From: a virus
Lineage: Duplodnaviria > Caudoviricetes
Strand: one strand, 5' to 3'
Length of the DNA: 45,794 bases
Virus record (IMG/VR): IMGVR_UViG_3300020379_000013
Span: 1 to 45,794 of that record
Numbering within the stretch: the stretch's first letter is position 1; each line of letters opens with the position of its first letter. This document shows, piece by piece, positions 45,571 to 45,794 of the stretch. The position numbers and the translations under genes are program-made. The notes beneath the pieces were generated by a model. The model worked only from the letters and a program-made list of their open reading frames with translations. It did not search any database and was not told the origin of the DNA.

Positions 45571-45794
45571 ATGACAAATTTCAACGAATTCATTAACTAC
45601 TGTCTTGACTTCTATGGTCAAGGCGGTATCTATCCACAAAACCGCACCCGTGAGCAAGTTGCATACGCTACAACAGTTTTACTAGATGCTTGCTCATACT
45701 ATGAGTCAATTGGTCAAGACAGTTTCACATGGGGTGGCGGGGACTCATTAGACCGTGAGCGTGTCCGTGACCTTATGAACGATTTTTACGGGGA
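45571..45794 (+). CDS. Hypothetical early protein (partial; MTNFNEFINYCLDFYG...GGGDSLDRERVRD...)
   Basis: Hand-translated; open to the window end; starts 2 nt after the upstream stop. Confidence 0.72.
   Translation, partial: MTNFNEFINYCLDFYGQGGIYPQNRTREQVAYATTVLLDACSYYESIGQDSFTWGGGDSLDRERVRDLMNDFYG

Noticed and set aside
40300-45794. Possible CRISPR mini-array or tRNA genes among the intergenic repeats
   Set aside because: Repeats are promoter cassettes separated by whole genes; no regular repeat-spacer period and no cloverleaf with T-loop/CCA found.

Overview
AT-rich segment of a T4-like cyanobacterial myovirus (Kyanoviridae-type; a marine Prochlorococcus/Synechococcus host is inferred). 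Bases 1-39800 are a minus-strand late virion module: PAAR spike, gp25, gp6, a 4123-aa gp7-position wedge protein, gp8, a VrlC/DUF4815-like protein and several giant fibre/structural proteins, including a >1710-aa ORF that runs off the left edge and is missing from the ORF track. T4-type late promoters (TATAAATA) punctuate this module. Next come an Sfp-type phosphopantetheinyl transferase and a ~270-nt structured non-coding block. Bases 40586-45794 are a divergent early-gene island of small ORFs in promoter cassettes. Most striking: five copies of a helical module resembling the phycobiliprotein globin fold, with Cys at the bilin-attachment positions, inside two virion proteins (three copies are nested), plus two type-1-copper-like motifs in virion proteins. 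Together these suggest a possibly chromophorylated, light/redox-responsive virion. The early island holds a candidate SAM lyase, an orphan PD-(D/E)XK-like nuclease, canonical NtcA promoters (one apparently driving a small RNA whose core recurs in the non-coding block), and position-conserved, sequence-variable hairpins abutting the -10 boxes. All family calls are motif recognition by eye; no searches were run.
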